Assembly (NCBI GenBank): GCA_002269645.1
Contig: NIVC01003354.1
Location: 1 to 64,000 of the forward strand
Source of the DNA: Macrostomum lignano
Taxonomy: Eukaryota
Length of the DNA: 64,000 bases
Reading direction: 5' to 3'
Every line of letters begins with the position of its first letter. The first letter of the stretch is position 1. Below the pieces are notes generated by a model. It was not told the origin of the DNA. It did not search any database and worked only from the letters and a program-made list of their open reading frames with translations. Position numbers and translations under genes: made by a program. Shown in pieces: positions 63,080 to 64,000 of the stretch.

Positions 63080-63352
63080 CTTGATGATCTCGACCATCTC
63101 AGACCGCTCAATGCTGCCGTTGCCGTCAATGTCGTACATCTGGAAGGCCCACTCCAGCTTCTCCTGGGGCTTGCCGCCAGAAGTGATGTTGATGGCCAAC
63201 AGGAATTCTTTGAAGTCAATCTTGCCAGAGTTGTCTTTGTCGAATGTGCGGAACACGTGGGTGCAGAACTCCTCGGCATTGCCGTCTGGGAAGAAGCCGG
63301 AGTACACCTCGATGAACTTCTTCTTGCTGAGCTGGCCTGATGGACAGTCACG
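63080..63352 (-). CDS. Neuronal calcium sensor (NCS-2/neurocalcin-like), internal exon; first exon lies beyond the window end
   Basis: ccctcag|RDCPSGQL...[63 protein letters not shown]|gtgagg. Phase 0 at both ends and joins the 61244 exon in frame. Confidence 0.92.
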
Positions 63353-63419
63353 CTGAGGGTAAATGGGGTTGAGAATGTCTTTGTTTCCTGTTTGCCTGCC
63401 AGAGAAGAAAGGAGAACGG

Positions 63420-64000
63420 GTAGATTCAACCGTGATAAAGGGAAAGTCAACCGGGAATGAGGGGAGAATCAACCGGGAAAGAGGGGAGAATCTACCGGAA
63501 AGGGGGAAAGTCAACCGGGAATGAGGGGAGAATCAACCGGGAAAGAGGGGAGAATCAACCGGGAATGAGAGGAGAATCAACCGGGAAAGAGGGGAGAATC
63601 AACCGGGAAAGAGGGGAGAATCAACCGGGAAAGAGGGGAGAATCAACCGGGAATGAGAGGAGAATCAACCGGGAAAGAGGGGAGAATCAACCGGGAAAGA
63701 GGGGAGAATCAACCGGGAAAGAGGGGAGAATCAACCGGGAATGAGGGGAGAATCAACCGGGAATGAGGGGAGAATCAACCGGGAATGAGGGGAGAATCAA
63801 CCGGGAAAGAGGGGAGAATCAACCGGGAATGAGGGGAGAATCAACCGGGAATGAGGGGAGAATCAACCGGGAATGAGGGGAGAATCAACCGGGAAAGAGG
63901 GGAGAATCAACCGGGAATGAGAGGAGAATCAACCGGGAAAGAGGGGAGAATCAACCGGGAAAGAGGGGAGAATCAACCGGGAATGAGGGGAGAATCAACC
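63420..64000. repeat. Intronic minisatellite, 22-bp aaccgggaa(a/t)gaggggagaatc, continues past the window
   Basis: About 26 copies. Confidence 0.93.

Overview
This window is eukaryotic animal DNA with GT-AG introns, GC-rich short genes and AT-rich, transposon-derived spacers. Roughly a quarter to a third of it is locus-specific minisatellite. The gene style and repeat load resemble a free-living flatworm such as Macrostomum, but that is an inference. Six host-type genes are supported: OXLD1-like (+, 11701-12126); a 4-exon SLC49A4/DIRC2-like MFS transporter (-, 19512-17148); MPV17L2-like (-, 27310-26714); a 2-exon SIVA1 homologue that stops before its zinc-binding C-terminus (-, 29363-28934); two exons of an NCS-2-like calcium sensor (-, 63352-61056); and an orphan secreted His/Asp-rich peptide gene (-, 55957-55640). 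Mobile DNA includes a frameshifted Tc1, hAT and piggyBac transposase remnants, an internally deleted Merlin, two RTE-like LINE remnants, a solo LTR, related LTR fragments, two tRNA-derived CORE-SINEs and several MITEs. The very long ORFs in the track are translations of tandem repeats. The best leads are: (1) a hAT element with TIRs and an 8-bp TSD (53952-56615) that encloses the His-rich peptide gene; (2) LTR relatives followed by arrays of 3-4 LTR-end plus primer-binding-site modules; (3) strong excess of TAGGCCTA and TACATGTA octamers that look like transposon excision footprints; (4) directional C>T/G>A decay of repeats with a RIP-like CpA component; (5) three co-oriented genes, each with a splice acceptor close to its start codon, suggesting a trans-spliced operon. 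No CRISPR, rRNA or intact tRNA genes were seen. All alignments were done by eye and no database searches were possible.
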